Shown here: positions 9,388 to 19,539 of the stretch, piece by piece
Numbering within the stretch: the stretch's first letter is position 1
Layout of the letters: each line of letters begins with the position of its first letter
NCBI GenBank assembly: GCA_963824495.1
Contig: CAWGPQ010000006.1
Span: forward strand, 32,001-96,000
Direction of reading: 5' to 3'
Length of the DNA stretch: 64,000 nucleotides
Source of the DNA: an uncultured bacterium
GTDB lineage: Bacteria; Babelota; Babeliae; Babelales; Babelaceae
Translations under genes and position numbers: made by a program
Notes under the pieces: generated by a model
What the model was told of the DNA's origin: nothing
Database searches by the model: none
The model's input: only the letters and a program-made list of their open reading frames with translations

Positions 9388-11246
9388 ATGACAAGTTATA
9401 CGAAGCTCGTATTATTAGGCATCGCAACCTATTTTTGTAGTATGGGCGGAATGGATAGTCCTAACACCGCGCGTACCCGAAAGCAGTTTGAAGACATGTT
9501 CGCAAATGACCAGGAACTTGAGGATTCGTCAAAGCCTAGCGCTCCAGTGTTCATTGAAACAGCTAATGATGAAGTGATTAAGGTGCCGAAAGAAGTTCTT
9601 CCCCTCTCGCAAACCTTATTGAAAGCACAAGAAGCATGGGGGCAGATTAGACAGGATCTATTTACTGGAGGCGTAATCAAGATAAAGAATATATCAAAAA
9701 ACATCTTAATCATCTCTTTGAACTTGCTCTAAATCTTCGAAACAAAACGGTGATTCAAGCGTACCAAGAGCTTAGGGAAATTCTTCCTGGAGACGCGTAC
9801 GAGCCTTCACATATTGAGGTCATTGAAGGCTTACTCTATGCTGCTCAAAAGCTTAGCTTGCAATCACTTGCCATAAACATAGCAATTATTGAAAAATACA
9901 GTATCTTAAATTCTCAATTTAAATATCGGCTTACTGAACCCATTACTGAACCTCATAATGATGATGAAATTAATACAGCGTTTATTCGAGAGACTATCAA
10001 GAATTTTAAACAGGTAACGGGACAGTCAGCTCAGCTCAATATAGGTCCCATTGATCAACAGCTTTGTGAAGGCAAACGCTTTGACGTTAAGCGTGATGGT
10101 GATAATGGTAAAAGTAAACTTGATTTAGCTAGATCAAATTATACGAGCTTACTAGGTATTCACAATGTTCCTGATATAGAACAAGTACAAAGTTTAGATG
10201 TATCCAATAATGCTCTGCCTAGTCTTACGCCTTATATTGAGAAACTTGGTCAGCTTGAGGAGCTTATTGCTTCCGATAACAACCTTCGGGAAGTGTGCCG
10301 TCAGATCGGTGCGTTGGTTACTCTAAAAAAGCTTGATCTTGCGCGCAATCAATTGGAGAAACTTCCTGAAGAGATCGGAAATTTAACCGAGCTAGAAGTA
10401 CTTAATGCTTCGGGAAATAAACTCAAGAATGTATTCTCATTGATAAAAAACTTAACTAAATTACGTGAACTTAATCTTACAACAAATAGGATTGAAACGA
10501 TTCCCCCAGAAATTGGCAGCTTGACAAATCTTCAAAGGCTTTTCATGTCAAACAATACAGTTAGTGGTGTTGCGGCCGAAGTAGCAGCATTATTTCAGCT
10601 TGAGTCACTCGATCTATTGGGTAATCGTATTAGTGCACTTTGTCCAGAAATTGGCAGCTTAACTAACTTACAAGAGCTTGATATAGCTGGCAATAAGCTT
10701 ACAGAGCTTTGTCCACAAATAGGTAACCTAGTTAATCTTGTTACGCTGCATGCTCAAGCTAACAAACTCAATATAATCTGTCCTGACATTAGAGGTCTTG
10801 TGAACCTTCAACACCTTAACATTTCGGGAAATAAGCTCAAAGAGCTTTGCCGGGAAATTAGTAATTTAGTCAATCTCAAATCGCTTGATATTTCAGGAAA
10901 TAAACTGGTAGGGTTGCCAGATAGTATACGTGGCTTAACAAGTCTCATTGAGCTTGACGCAAAAGATAATAGAATTATGAGCGTTTCTGCAGAAATTGGA
11001 AATCTTGTAAATCTTCAGAAAATTAATCTGGCGAGCAATAGCTTAGGCAGTATACCCATGGAATTTACTAGGCTGGAGCACCTTCAGCTGATAGACCTTT
11101 CGCATAACAGGCAGCTGAATACATTCCCCTTTCAGCTTCACAGTTTGCCTAATTTAAGAAGTGTTGTCTTGTTCAACAACAAAATAGTAAAGCCATTGCT
11201 AACTCCTCAACAAGAGCAAGAAAGAAAATATACTATTTATACGTGA
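9388..11246 (+). pseudogene. Signal peptide + Skp1/POZ-like domain + leucine-rich repeat protein, split by a frameshift at the A6 run 9696-9701 (ORFs 9388-9732 and 9750-11246)
   Basis: ~16 23-aa LRRs (LxxLDLxxNxLxxLPxEIGxL); adding one A joins ...IKNISK to KHLNHLFELALNLRNKTVIQ...; the LRR part could also be expressed alone. Confidence 0.75.
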
Positions 11247-11255
11247 TAAGTTGCG

Positions 11256-11852
11256 TTATCTCTCAACGAGGGCTTTGGTGCGGCGGTAGAGCTGAAAATA
11301 GCTTGTATTATTATAAAGATCTTTAATATCTTCAGGCAAACAATCAAAGTGTTTCCCCAGGGCCCTGCCAATAGTAAAGATATCTTTACTATCTTTAATC
11401 TCATGAATAGTTATACAAAAATTCCGATATTTTTCGTTATCTTTAAAGCACTCTAACATCTCTTCAGCATAACTCTTGAAATTTCGGGCAGGTGTTTCGA
11501 TGGTAAAGAGCTCTCGCATAAGATCGAGTCCTCTTTTTTCTTTATCGTAATTGTCTTTTGGTGCAGCTTGGTTGCTCTGGCTTATTTGAAAGGTATCCGT
11601 TGTAGGTATGTCTGTTAGAGGGATAACAGCTGCAAGAATAGGCTGAGTGGTAGCCTGAAGGGAGCATGTAAGGGAAGGCCCGTGCTGAACCACGTCAGGC
11701 TTTTGGAGACCTGACGTGGTTTGATGGTTGTACCAATAGGTTTGTGCTAAGCAGTAACCAAAAAAGCCTATCAAGCTTCCTATAATTATATATAAGCTTC
11801 TCCGTGTTATAAGCAATTTCATGGCTACCCAAGCACTACCTTTTGTTAGCAA
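11256..11852 (-). CDS. Hypothetical exported/membrane-anchored protein, paralog of 11902-12414
   Basis: N-terminal TM; C-terminal KYRNFC..KDIFTIGRALGKH..LP. Confidence 0.6.
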   Translation of the reverse strand: MLTKGSAWVAMKLLITRRSLYIIIGSLIGFFGYCLAQTYWYNHQTTSGLQKPDVVQHGPSLTCSLQATTQPILAAVIPLTDIPTTDTFQISQSNQAAPKDNYDKEKRGLDLMRELFTIETPARNFKSYAEEMLECFKDNEKYRNFCITIHEIKDSKDIFTIGRALGKHFDCLPEDIKDLYNNTSYFQLYRRTKALVER

Positions 11853-11901
11853 TTACGCTACGTTTTACGTATATATTATACACCAAATAAGGGGTATAAC
11901 G

Positions 11902-12414
11902 CTACTGTGAAAGCCGCTTCATTAAAAGGAGTGCTAATGGACCCGTTCCCATTTTGTCAATGAGTTCTTGGCTTTCTTTTGGCAAAATGCTTTTGTATTT
12001 TGCTAGAGCCTCGCCTACGGTCTTAGGTGATTTTGCGTTGCGAGTTTGTTTTAGTGCTTTGCAAAATTCGGCATATTTTGGCTGATCTGCTAGTGTTTTT
12101 GTTAGTTCGTCAACAAACTTTGGCCACTTAAAGTTTGCATCATCTCTGAACTTATGTAAAAGTTCATTTGCTTTCTTTATGGAAGCTTCTGAATGAGGCT
12201 TATGCACAGGCTTTTTTGTCGGCTCCTTGAGTTCAACCGGCTTTTTGTTCTGTGCATGCGCTGCTTGAAGGCATGTGTCCGAAAAAGCTAAGCCTACACA
12301 TAAGGCTGCAATTGAGAAATAGGTAACGAATGTGACATGATTATTTTTCATGTTTTTCCTTTGGTTAGAAGGTTGAATATATGAGTGCGGTATAGATGCA
12401 CCCATTTTGCCCAT
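11902..12414 (-). CDS. Hypothetical secreted protein, paralog of 11256-11852
   Basis: Signal peptide from MKNNH; KYAEFC..KSPKTVGEALAKY..LP. Confidence 0.65.
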   Translation of the reverse strand: MGKMGASIPHSYIQPSNQRKNMKNNHVTFVTYFSIAALCVGLAFSDTCLQAAHAQNKKPVELKEPTKKPVHKPHSEASIKKANELLHKFRDDANFKWPKFVDELTKTLADQPKYAEFCKALKQTRNAKSPKTVGEALAKYKSILPKESQELIDKMGTGPLALLLMKRLSQ

Positions 12415-12469
12415 ACGTGTTTGGTATAGGCATCACGCTAAGATTATTAACGATGAGCTTTAATACTTG

Positions 12470-12976
12470 TTACAAAGCATTAAGAACATCGCAGGTTCGT
12501 CTCAAGTACTTGAGCTTGAGCTTTGCCAGTTTTGGAACTAGCTTTAGGAATTTCTCATGATAATGTTTGGTTATTGAAGGAAGTTCATCTCGTGTTGCTT
12601 GAAGTAGCTCTTTGCCTACAAGCGGTGCTAGCGTTCGGTCCCTTTCAATTCGATTCAGCACGCCTTGGGCAACTTTTGCAAAGTTAGGATACTTCATAAG
12701 CAATTTGACTGTCTTGGTAATATCGGAACTTTTTACCTCAAGCACAGAGCACAAGGTTCTGCCATTACTTACCATGCCTTCAATGCCTGTTGCAGCATTT
12801 CCGGAGGTAATAATCTGGCGGGTTAGTCTATGAATTTGATCTACTGTTTGCCTCAAAATACCGGCATCTTTTTCATGTGACCCAGCATATGAGATAAAAC
12901 TAGAAGATGCTGATGCGAGCATAACCGCACTTAGTACAACGTAATATACGTTACTTTTCAAAGAGTAATGTGTCAT
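12470..12976 (-). CDS. Hypothetical secreted protein
   Basis: Signal peptide, AAGGG SD-like site upstream. Confidence 0.6.
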   Translation of the reverse strand: MTHYSLKSNVYYVVLSAVMLASASSSFISYAGSHEKDAGILRQTVDQIHRLTRQIITSGNAATGIEGMVSNGRTLCSVLEVKSSDITKTVKLLMKYPNFAKVAQGVLNRIERDRTLAPLVGKELLQATRDELPSITKHYHEKFLKLVPKLAKLKLKYLRRTCDVLNAL

Positions 12977-14135
12977 TTTTTACCCTTATTGTTGTAAGGT
13001 TAAAAATATTTTGTGCATAATGCGCACTTTGAAAACATTATTCAGTTTAAAGCACTTATACGTTATGTCAAAAGGGTATACTTAAGCGCTAAAACAATTT
13101 ATAAAATAATTTATAAAATTTAAAAAATACATAATTTCTACTAATTGATATTATTTTTATAAATTTAAGAATAAAACTACTTTATCAACAGGAATTACGA
13201 ATAAGTATGAAAGATTTGAGTGGATAGTGGATCACTATATTCTAATAAGATCGCGTGTATTAAAATGATCACTAAAGATGACAGCTTCAAGTCCGGCAAA
13301 AAATTCTTGCTCTAATGAGTTAAAGTTATCATGATTGCTAAGTACGAGGAGGCTTATATCATTTGATAAAAAATGTATGAGATAAGCTGTGAAACCACCA
13401 GTGCCACCCCCGTGACCCAATGTCATGTCTCTACTGTATGGAGCAGGAGTAAGCACCAGGCCATAACCATATGATGAATTCTCGCGTATTCCATCCCCCC
13501 AGTTTGCATTACACCTGTTCGCATAAGATTCACTAACTCAGCATTGAGCAATTTCCCAGTGTGTAACGCTTCATCAAATAGATAGAGATCTCCGACTGTA
13601 GAGCACACATTTCCAGCACCAACTGACCAAGACATTTCATAAGGCTCGGTTGGTGAAAACTGATCTAATTCGAGTGTATAGCCTATGGCTTGATGAGGTT
13701 TATTTGAGCCATCATCGACATAGCTATTTTGCATTCCCAATGCCTCAAAGATATATTTTTGAAGACATGCTGCGTAGCTCACTCCAGCAACTTTTTCTAG
13801 AATATAAGCAAGGAGAACAAAATTCGAATTGCTGTAGTTAAATTTTGCTCCGGGTTGACATTTCAGTTCCTCATGTTTTATTAAATCCACCAATTCAGTC
13901 AGTGCAATTGGCTTTATGGATAATCGGAGATATACATGTTTAACGTATTGTTTATCTGCAAGTTGCCTTGTTCTTGCTGTTTTAGAATAGCAATTGCAGT
14001 AAACATTTTAGTAACTGATGCAATTCTAAAAGTAGTATCTAATTGATTCGGCTTGCCCTTTTCCTGATTGGCATAACCGTAGCCCTTATGAAGCAATATT
14101 ATAGTGACCCCCTGCGTTAAGACACGAAAATAGAT

Positions 14136-15026
14136 TTATTTAGGAGTCATGTTAACCTCCAAAGGGTTAGACTGGTTTTGTAACTTAAATTGTGCAAATA
14201 ACTGTTGTCTTGTAGGCACAACTCTTAAAGCGAAAATGAGGTTTGGCGTGTGATAGTTAAGCGCCTGATGAGGTCGTTTTTGATTATAAAAATCAACATA
14301 GCTCCGCAAAGCTACTCGAGCCTGATCCACAGTATCAAAACTGTGCAGGTAAACGTTTTCGTACTTTATAGTACGCCATAATCGTTCGACATGAGCATTA
14401 TCAGCCCAGCGACCCTTGCCATCCATGCTCACCTTTATACCGTTTCCTTCTAATTGTACGATCCAAGAGGTACTGGTAAACTGGCATCCTTGGTCGCTAT
14501 TAATAATCTCCGGTATGCCATGCTTCAAGGCGTTTTCAAGTGCTTCAAGACATGATTGCGTATCAAGAAAAGTAGATAAGCTCCATCCCATAATTCTTCT
14601 GCTAAAGACATCGAGCAAGCACACTAAATAAACAAAGCCAAGTCGTACCTTTATATAGGTGATGTCAACGGTCCATACCTGATTAGGGCGATCAATGCTA
14701 AGTTCACGTAGAAGATAGGGGTATACTTTGTGTCCCCGATCTCGTATAGTTGTTTTCTTTGTAGGATAAACAGCTTTTATGCCTGCAAGAGCGAGCAATC
14801 CTTGTAACCTCTTGTGATTGATAACGAAGCCTCTTTGCCTCAGAGCAACAAGAATACGGCGATAGCCATAAAATGGTGTTTCTTGATAAATACTTCTAAC
14901 CTCATTCAATATAGTCGCATCGTTACTTTTTAACGGCCTCGGTTGATAATACATCATGCTTCTCGCAACACCCAAAAGTTCGCATTTTCTTTTTATACCT
15001 ATCGCTTCATTACCGTGCTCAATCAT
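14136..15026 (-). CDS. IS3-family transposase OrfB (DDE integrase core)
   Basis: PFYGYRRI, PNQVWTVDITYI, NSDQGCQF, DNAHVERLWRTIKYE. Confidence 0.95.
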   Translation of the reverse strand: MIEHGNEAIGIKRKCELLGVARSMMYYQPRPLKSNDATILNEVRSIYQETPFYGYRRILVALRQRGFVINHKRLQGLLALAGIKAVYPTKKTTIRDRGHKVYPYLLRELSIDRPNQVWTVDITYIKVRLGFVYLVCLLDVFSRRIMGWSLSTFLDTQSCLEALENALKHGIPEIINSDQGCQFTSTSWIVQLEGNGIKVSMDGKGRWADNAHVERLWRTIKYENVYLHSFDTVDQARVALRSYVDFYNQKRPHQALNYHTPNLIFALRVVPTRQQLFAQFKLQNQSNPLEVNMTPK

Positions 15027-15046
15027 CTCTTTGCGTTTTTCACTAC

Positions 15047-15322
15047 TTAACGTTTGAGCACATGTCCTAAAAAATCACGTTCCGCAGTTAATTGTCCAAT
15101 AACACGATGCAATCTATCTATTTCTGCTTTATGGTCTACTTCTCGCTTATCTTCAAAGATCTTATTGCTCTCTTCCTCCAGCTGCTTTTTCCATGCAAAT
15201 ATTTGACTTGCTGAAATGCTATACTCTTGGCATAATTCTGCAACTGTTTTCTTTTCTTTTAGGGCCTCTAGAGCTACCTTACTCTTAAATGAACTTCCAT
15301 GTTTCTTGTATATTCTTGCCAT
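15047..15322 (-). CDS. IS3-family transposase OrfA (HTH)
   Basis: FKSKVALEAL..TVAELCQEY..QIFAWKKQ; OrfB lies in the -1 frame. Confidence 0.93.
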   Translation of the reverse strand: MARIYKKHGSSFKSKVALEALKEKKTVAELCQEYSISASQIFAWKKQLEEESNKIFEDKREVDHKAEIDRLHRVIGQLTAERDFLGHVLKR

Positions 15323-15817
15323 GCTTTACCCCAGTAATAGTGATGATCTTTTTGCATCATTATACTCCCCAATTTCTCCAATTACACGTGTCTGATTTCT
15401 AGGGGTCATTATATATCGTACCTTTACGGGAAACAAGAACAGCACCAGAAAAATTGTGATTATTCGTCCATTCGATCAAAAAGGTATCAAGTTTTTCAGA
15501 AATCATCTTATCCACTATACGTACCCGATTCTTAATACCAATTTAAAATTTAAGATACTCTTTCACATGGGACATAATTCACGCCACTACAGATTACCTT
15601 AATAGCAATTGATAGCAATATATACTGGCGTTACGAACCAAGAATAGATACTGAACGGCACCAGCTTAAAAGCGGGATGATGTAGGGTTACCATCTATTT
15701 ATTTTTTTATAGCGATCAAGTGGAAAGGAAAATAATAGAAAGGGACAAATATTTGGCGTATTATAAATAACTGTTTGGTTTTCGTTATATCTACCAGTTA
15801 CTAAAATAGGCTTTTAC

Positions 15818-16882
15818 ATGATCTATCATCTTGCGCTGTATCTTAAACATCACATAAGCGGTTTGAATCTCGTTCATTATGTGAGTTTTCGGGCTATGGC
15901 ATCGTTATTAACAGCCTTAGTCTTATCATTTGTGCTTGGCCCTTGGTTTATCGCAACATCTCAAGCTTTTTTTAGGTCAGCCTCTCGTCCGCATACTCCT
16001 GCTTCACATAAAGTTAAAGATGGTATGCCAACTATGGGTGGCTTGTTTATTCTCATGGTTATTAGCATTACAACGCTTCTTTGGTCTAACTTACGTGTAG
16101 GGGACGTATGGATATTTCTTGTCTGCCTTATGCTGTTTGGACTAATTGGCCTATGGGATGACTGGTCCAAGATACGCTATCGTAAAGGAATTTCTGAGCG
16201 TACGAAGTTTCGAGCGCAAGTGTTGAGTGCTCTGTGTGTTATAAGTGCTTGGATGGTATGTTCTCAGCCGTCAACTGAACTGTGCTTGCCATTTTTTAAG
16301 AATTATGCCCCAGATTTAGGGTTACTTTTTATTCCTTGGGCTATCTTTCTCTTGGTAGCCACAAGTAATGCGGTTAATCTTATGGATGGTCTTGATGGTT
16401 TGGCTCTCACATCACTTATCCCTAATTTTGCAATGTTCTCATTAGTATGTTATGTAGCAGGTCATTATGCTTTTGCTTCGTATCTTCATGTGCCATTTGC
16501 TGGAACGGCAGAGATCGCTATTCTTGGATCGACATTAGTAGGAGCATGTCTTGGCTTCTTGTGGTACAACACTTATCCAGCACAGATTTTCATGGGTGAT
16601 GTTGGGTCGCTTGCCTTGGGCAGTGGCTTAGCGCTTATGGCGCTTATGGCCAAGCAAGAATTGTTGCTAGCTCTTTCAGGTGGTTTATTTGTTGTTGAAA
16701 CGCTTTCTGTTATTATTCAGGTTATCTCGTACAAAAAATGGGGTAGACGGATCTTTAAAATGGCTCCAGTCCATCACCACTTTGAGCTATTGGGTTGGCA
16801 AGAATCTAAAATTACCGTACGCTTTGGTATTATCTCGCTTATTCTGTGCTTGCTTGCGCTTATGACGCTTAAGATTCGTTAG
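15818..16882 (+). CDS. mraY: Phospho-N-acetylmuramoyl-pentapeptide transferase
   Basis: PTMGG, GLWDD, SNAVNLMDGLDGL, PAQIFMGDVGS, MAPVHHHFEL. Confidence 0.97.
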   Translation: MIYHLALYLKHHISGLNLVHYVSFRAMASLLTALVLSFVLGPWFIATSQAFFRSASRPHTPASHKVKDGMPTMGGLFILMVISITTLLWSNLRVGDVWIFLVCLMLFGLIGLWDDWSKIRYRKGISERTKFRAQVLSALCVISAWMVCSQPSTELCLPFFKNYAPDLGLLFIPWAIFLLVATSNAVNLMDGLDGLALTSLIPNFAMFSLVCYVAGHYAFASYLHVPFAGTAEIAILGSTLVGACLGFLWYNTYPAQIFMGDVGSLALGSGLALMALMAKQELLLALSGGLFVVETLSVIIQVISYKKWGRRIFKMAPVHHHFELLGWQESKITVRFGIISLILCLLALMTLKIR

Positions 16883-16897
16883 AGAGGGTTTACAAAA

Positions 16898-17298
16898 ATG
16901 AAAACTAAGATTCTGAAACAAGCTCAGGAAATATTTTTTTCGATCTTGGTGTTCCAAATCCAGAAGAAAGACTTGCCAAAGTCAAACTTGCTATACAAAT
17001 TAACCTTTTAATTAAGCAAAAAGGTCTTACGCAGGAAGCCGCAGCAGAACTTCTTGGTATCGATCAACCTAAGGTCTCGGCTCTTTATCAAGGTAGGCTT
17101 TCAGGGTTTTCCTTAGAAAGACTTTTTCGCTTTTTAAATCGCCTTGATCAAAATATTAAGATTGAGGTTACTCCTATTGAAAGCCCCAAAGAAAAGGCAA
17201 ATATTGTTGTGAGTTTCTCTGACTTGTTGCCAGAGCCAGTTGCTAGAAGCCGGGGTGACGCTACAGCTTTGGTTGTACAACCACGTAAACGCAGTTAG
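16898..17298 (+). pseudogene. XRE-family HTH antitoxin-like protein (HigA type), frameshift near the start, no cognate toxin
   Basis: Not in ORF track. Frame from 16915: ETSSGNIFFDLGVPNPEERLAKVKLA..GLTQEAAAELLGIDQPKVSAL..GRLSGFSLERLFRFL; ATG 16898 is out of frame by one base. Confidence 0.85.
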
Positions 17299-18599
17299 CC
17301 CTTACAAGCACAGCTACGATAAGATGTTGTGCTAAACATGGCTGAACCCAGGGTGAGTACCATAAGAAATACCACGATAGGTATACTTCCAAACGTGCTG
17401 ATATTACGTATAAGTGCTGCTATGAGAACTAAGCAGCTTGCGATGCTAAGTATTGAATTTACTGGTATGGTTTTAAGACTTTTAAAGCGCAAAGCAGCTA
17501 GAGCCAGAACGCTCAACGTATAGGTGATGGTCATGCCTGATGAGGAAATCTGTTGAAGCGGAATCTGGTTACCTTGAGCAAAAAGTGTATAGCCAATAGC
17601 AAAGAGTCCTTCCACTAAAACACACAGATAGGGGATATTATGTCTATTGAGCTTGGTCAATTGAGCTGCACCAAGAACATGCTTGCATTGAGCAAGCGTA
17701 AAGAGATTCCAAGCATTACTGTACATAATGCCGTAGGCAGCACCCAATGACGACGAAGCTATGCCAATATGCAAAAATGCCTCAAGCCAAGAACGTCCAT
17801 AGCTCTGTGTAGGCATAAGTTTTGATAAAAGGGCAGGAAAAGCCTGAAGATAGCTTGTCAGTGAGCTGAGCTCCGATCCGAGGCTGCCAAAGAACATAAT
17901 CTGATAGAGTATTGCAATAGTCAAGCCAAGAGCATATGAATAAAGTATAGCTCGAGGGCCGTCACGTTCAGGATTTTTAAGTGACCTGCTTAGAGAGCAG
18001 CTTGCTTCAAAGCCCGTAAACGCATAGAGCACAAAGGGAATGCTTGAGGTCATACCTGCCCAGTTTAATTTCCCCGTAGAAAAATGAGCACCAGAGAAGA
18101 GATAGAGCCCACTTATAATAGCAAAAATTATGGGGATAAGTTTAAGTGCCATAAACGAAAACTGAATTGATCTGCCAATACGTAAGTTAAGCATATTGAG
18201 CAATACAAAAAAACAGATAATACCACAATCGAGCGTCAGTGTGGGGATAGGCGCTAGCACTGAAAATATAGTCTTAAGAAGTGATGTAAAAACGTGAATA
18301 CCTAATGCGCAGGAAGCTAACTTTGCTGTAAAGTAGCTCCAGGTGCTTATAAAGCCAATAAAGGGGCTTATGGTAGAGCCATATTCGTAAAAATTTCCTC
18401 CCTGATGATGCTTGACTAGATCAGCTATTGCAAAAATCAGAGGAAGTAAGAGTACACCAACTAAAGCATAGGCGGCAGCACCTAATGCACCCGCACTTTG
18501 GGCGAGCAAAACGGTATTTATAAAGATACCTGCACCAAGCATAATATTAAGATTAATAAGAATGGCAGAAGCAAGAGAGAGTTTATGAGAAGTCGCCAT
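17295..18599 (-). CDS. APC-family amino acid permease
   Basis: MLGAGIF, YAFTGFE, KNPERD motifs; ~12 TM. Confidence 0.9.
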   Translation of the reverse strand: MATSHKLSLASAILINLNIMLGAGIFINTVLLAQSAGALGAAAYALVGVLLLPLIFAIADLVKHHQGGNFYEYGSTISPFIGFISTWSYFTAKLASCALGIHVFTSLLKTIFSVLAPIPTLTLDCGIICFFVLLNMLNLRIGRSIQFSFMALKLIPIIFAIISGLYLFSGAHFSTGKLNWAGMTSSIPFVLYAFTGFEASCSLSRSLKNPERDGPRAILYSYALGLTIAILYQIMFFGSLGSELSSLTSYLQAFPALLSKLMPTQSYGRSWLEAFLHIGIASSSLGAAYGIMYSNAWNLFTLAQCKHVLGAAQLTKLNRHNIPYLCVLVEGLFAIGYTLFAQGNQIPLQQISSSGMTITYTLSVLALAALRFKSLKTIPVNSILSIASCLVLIAALIRNISTFGSIPIVVFLMVLTLGSAMFSTTSYRSCACKG

Positions 18600-18677
18600 A
18601 CAGGTCTTTCTGAAATTTTATTTTTGTGTCTAACTAGATTATTTTATTACTAATTTTCAAAATTGTAAATTAGTATA

Positions 18678-19430
18678 TTAAAGCTTAACGAAAGCATAAT
18701 ACAGCGCAATAGAGCCAGCAATGGCAGCATTAAGGCTTTCGGTAGCGCCTTGCATAGGAAGCGTAAGGAACTCATCACACTGAGCAAGCCACTGATGAGG
18801 TATGCCATGAGCCTCGCTTCCAACAACAAGAAGTGTGTTTTCAAAAGTAAGTTCTTTGGGACTTTTACCTCCTGATACTACTAATGCACAAAGCTTGAGG
18901 TTGTGCTTATGAGCAACCAATTCTTCCCAGCTGAAAGTAAATATTTTTACAAAGGCATGACTCCCCGCGCTTGCTTGGACAACTTTGGGGCTCCAGGGAT
19001 CACAACCGTCAACTATAACAACTGATAAACTGCCGCAAGCTGCTGCTGTACGAATTAGTGTCCCCATATTACCCGGATCGCTTACCTGTGCAAGTACAAG
19101 ACCTGACCCTAACGCTTCAGGTGATGGTGAAAGTGGTATATGAAATACACCAAGAATACCGCTGGGTGTATGAGCAGTGCTTAACTTTTTCATAAGCTCA
19201 TGACTAACAATTGTTATATAGTGCTCATGCTCTGCTAAAAAACTTTTATTGTGCTGATATGCTTCTTGCGTAAGATAGAGTTGATAGAGCACGTAATGGG
19301 CTTTTAAAAAGGTCATACACGTACGCAACCCTTCAGCTATAAAAAGCTGATGCTTTGTGCGACCTTTGGAAAATTTAAGCTCATTAATAAGCTTTACCTG
19401 TGGATTATCCGGCGAAGTGATATGCTTCAT
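18678..19430 (-). CDS. TrmH/SpoU-family RNA methyltransferase
   Basis: DPGNMGTLIRTA, GSEAHG, ESLNAAIA SPOUT motifs. Confidence 0.93.
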   Translation of the reverse strand: MKHITSPDNPQVKLINELKFSKGRTKHQLFIAEGLRTCMTFLKAHYVLYQLYLTQEAYQHNKSFLAEHEHYITIVSHELMKKLSTAHTPSGILGVFHIPLSPSPEALGSGLVLAQVSDPGNMGTLIRTAAACGSLSVVIVDGCDPWSPKVVQASAGSHAFVKIFTFSWEELVAHKHNLKLCALVVSGGKSPKELTFENTLLVVGSEAHGIPHQWLAQCDEFLTLPMQGATESLNAAIAGSIALYYAFVKL

Positions 19431-19539
19431 ATGAATTCTCGTTTTTGGTGCTGATTAATAGAAATAGTATTGATTAGTATGTTAGTATAAAGCTAGCATA
19501 GATTTTGTTATAGCACGGCTTATATCCGGGACTTTTAAG

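Larger units (their letters stand above)
14100..15413 (-). mobile_element. IS3-family insertion sequence, 1314 bp, 3-bp TSD TAT
   Basis: Imperfect IRs TATAGTGACCCCCTGCGTTAAGACACG / TATAATGACCCCTAGAAATCAGACACG; TAT at 14097-14099 and 15414-15416; excision restores the host gene frame. Confidence 0.95.
13235..15506 (-). pseudogene. Serine hydrolase (class C beta-lactamase-like) disrupted by IS3, stop and frameshift
   Basis: 5' piece 15506-15414 MISEKLDTFLIEWTNNHNFSGAVLVSRKGTI joins in frame to LLHKGYG..FRIASVTKMF (SxxK); YSNSNF; GHGGG in separate fragments. Confidence 0.9.
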
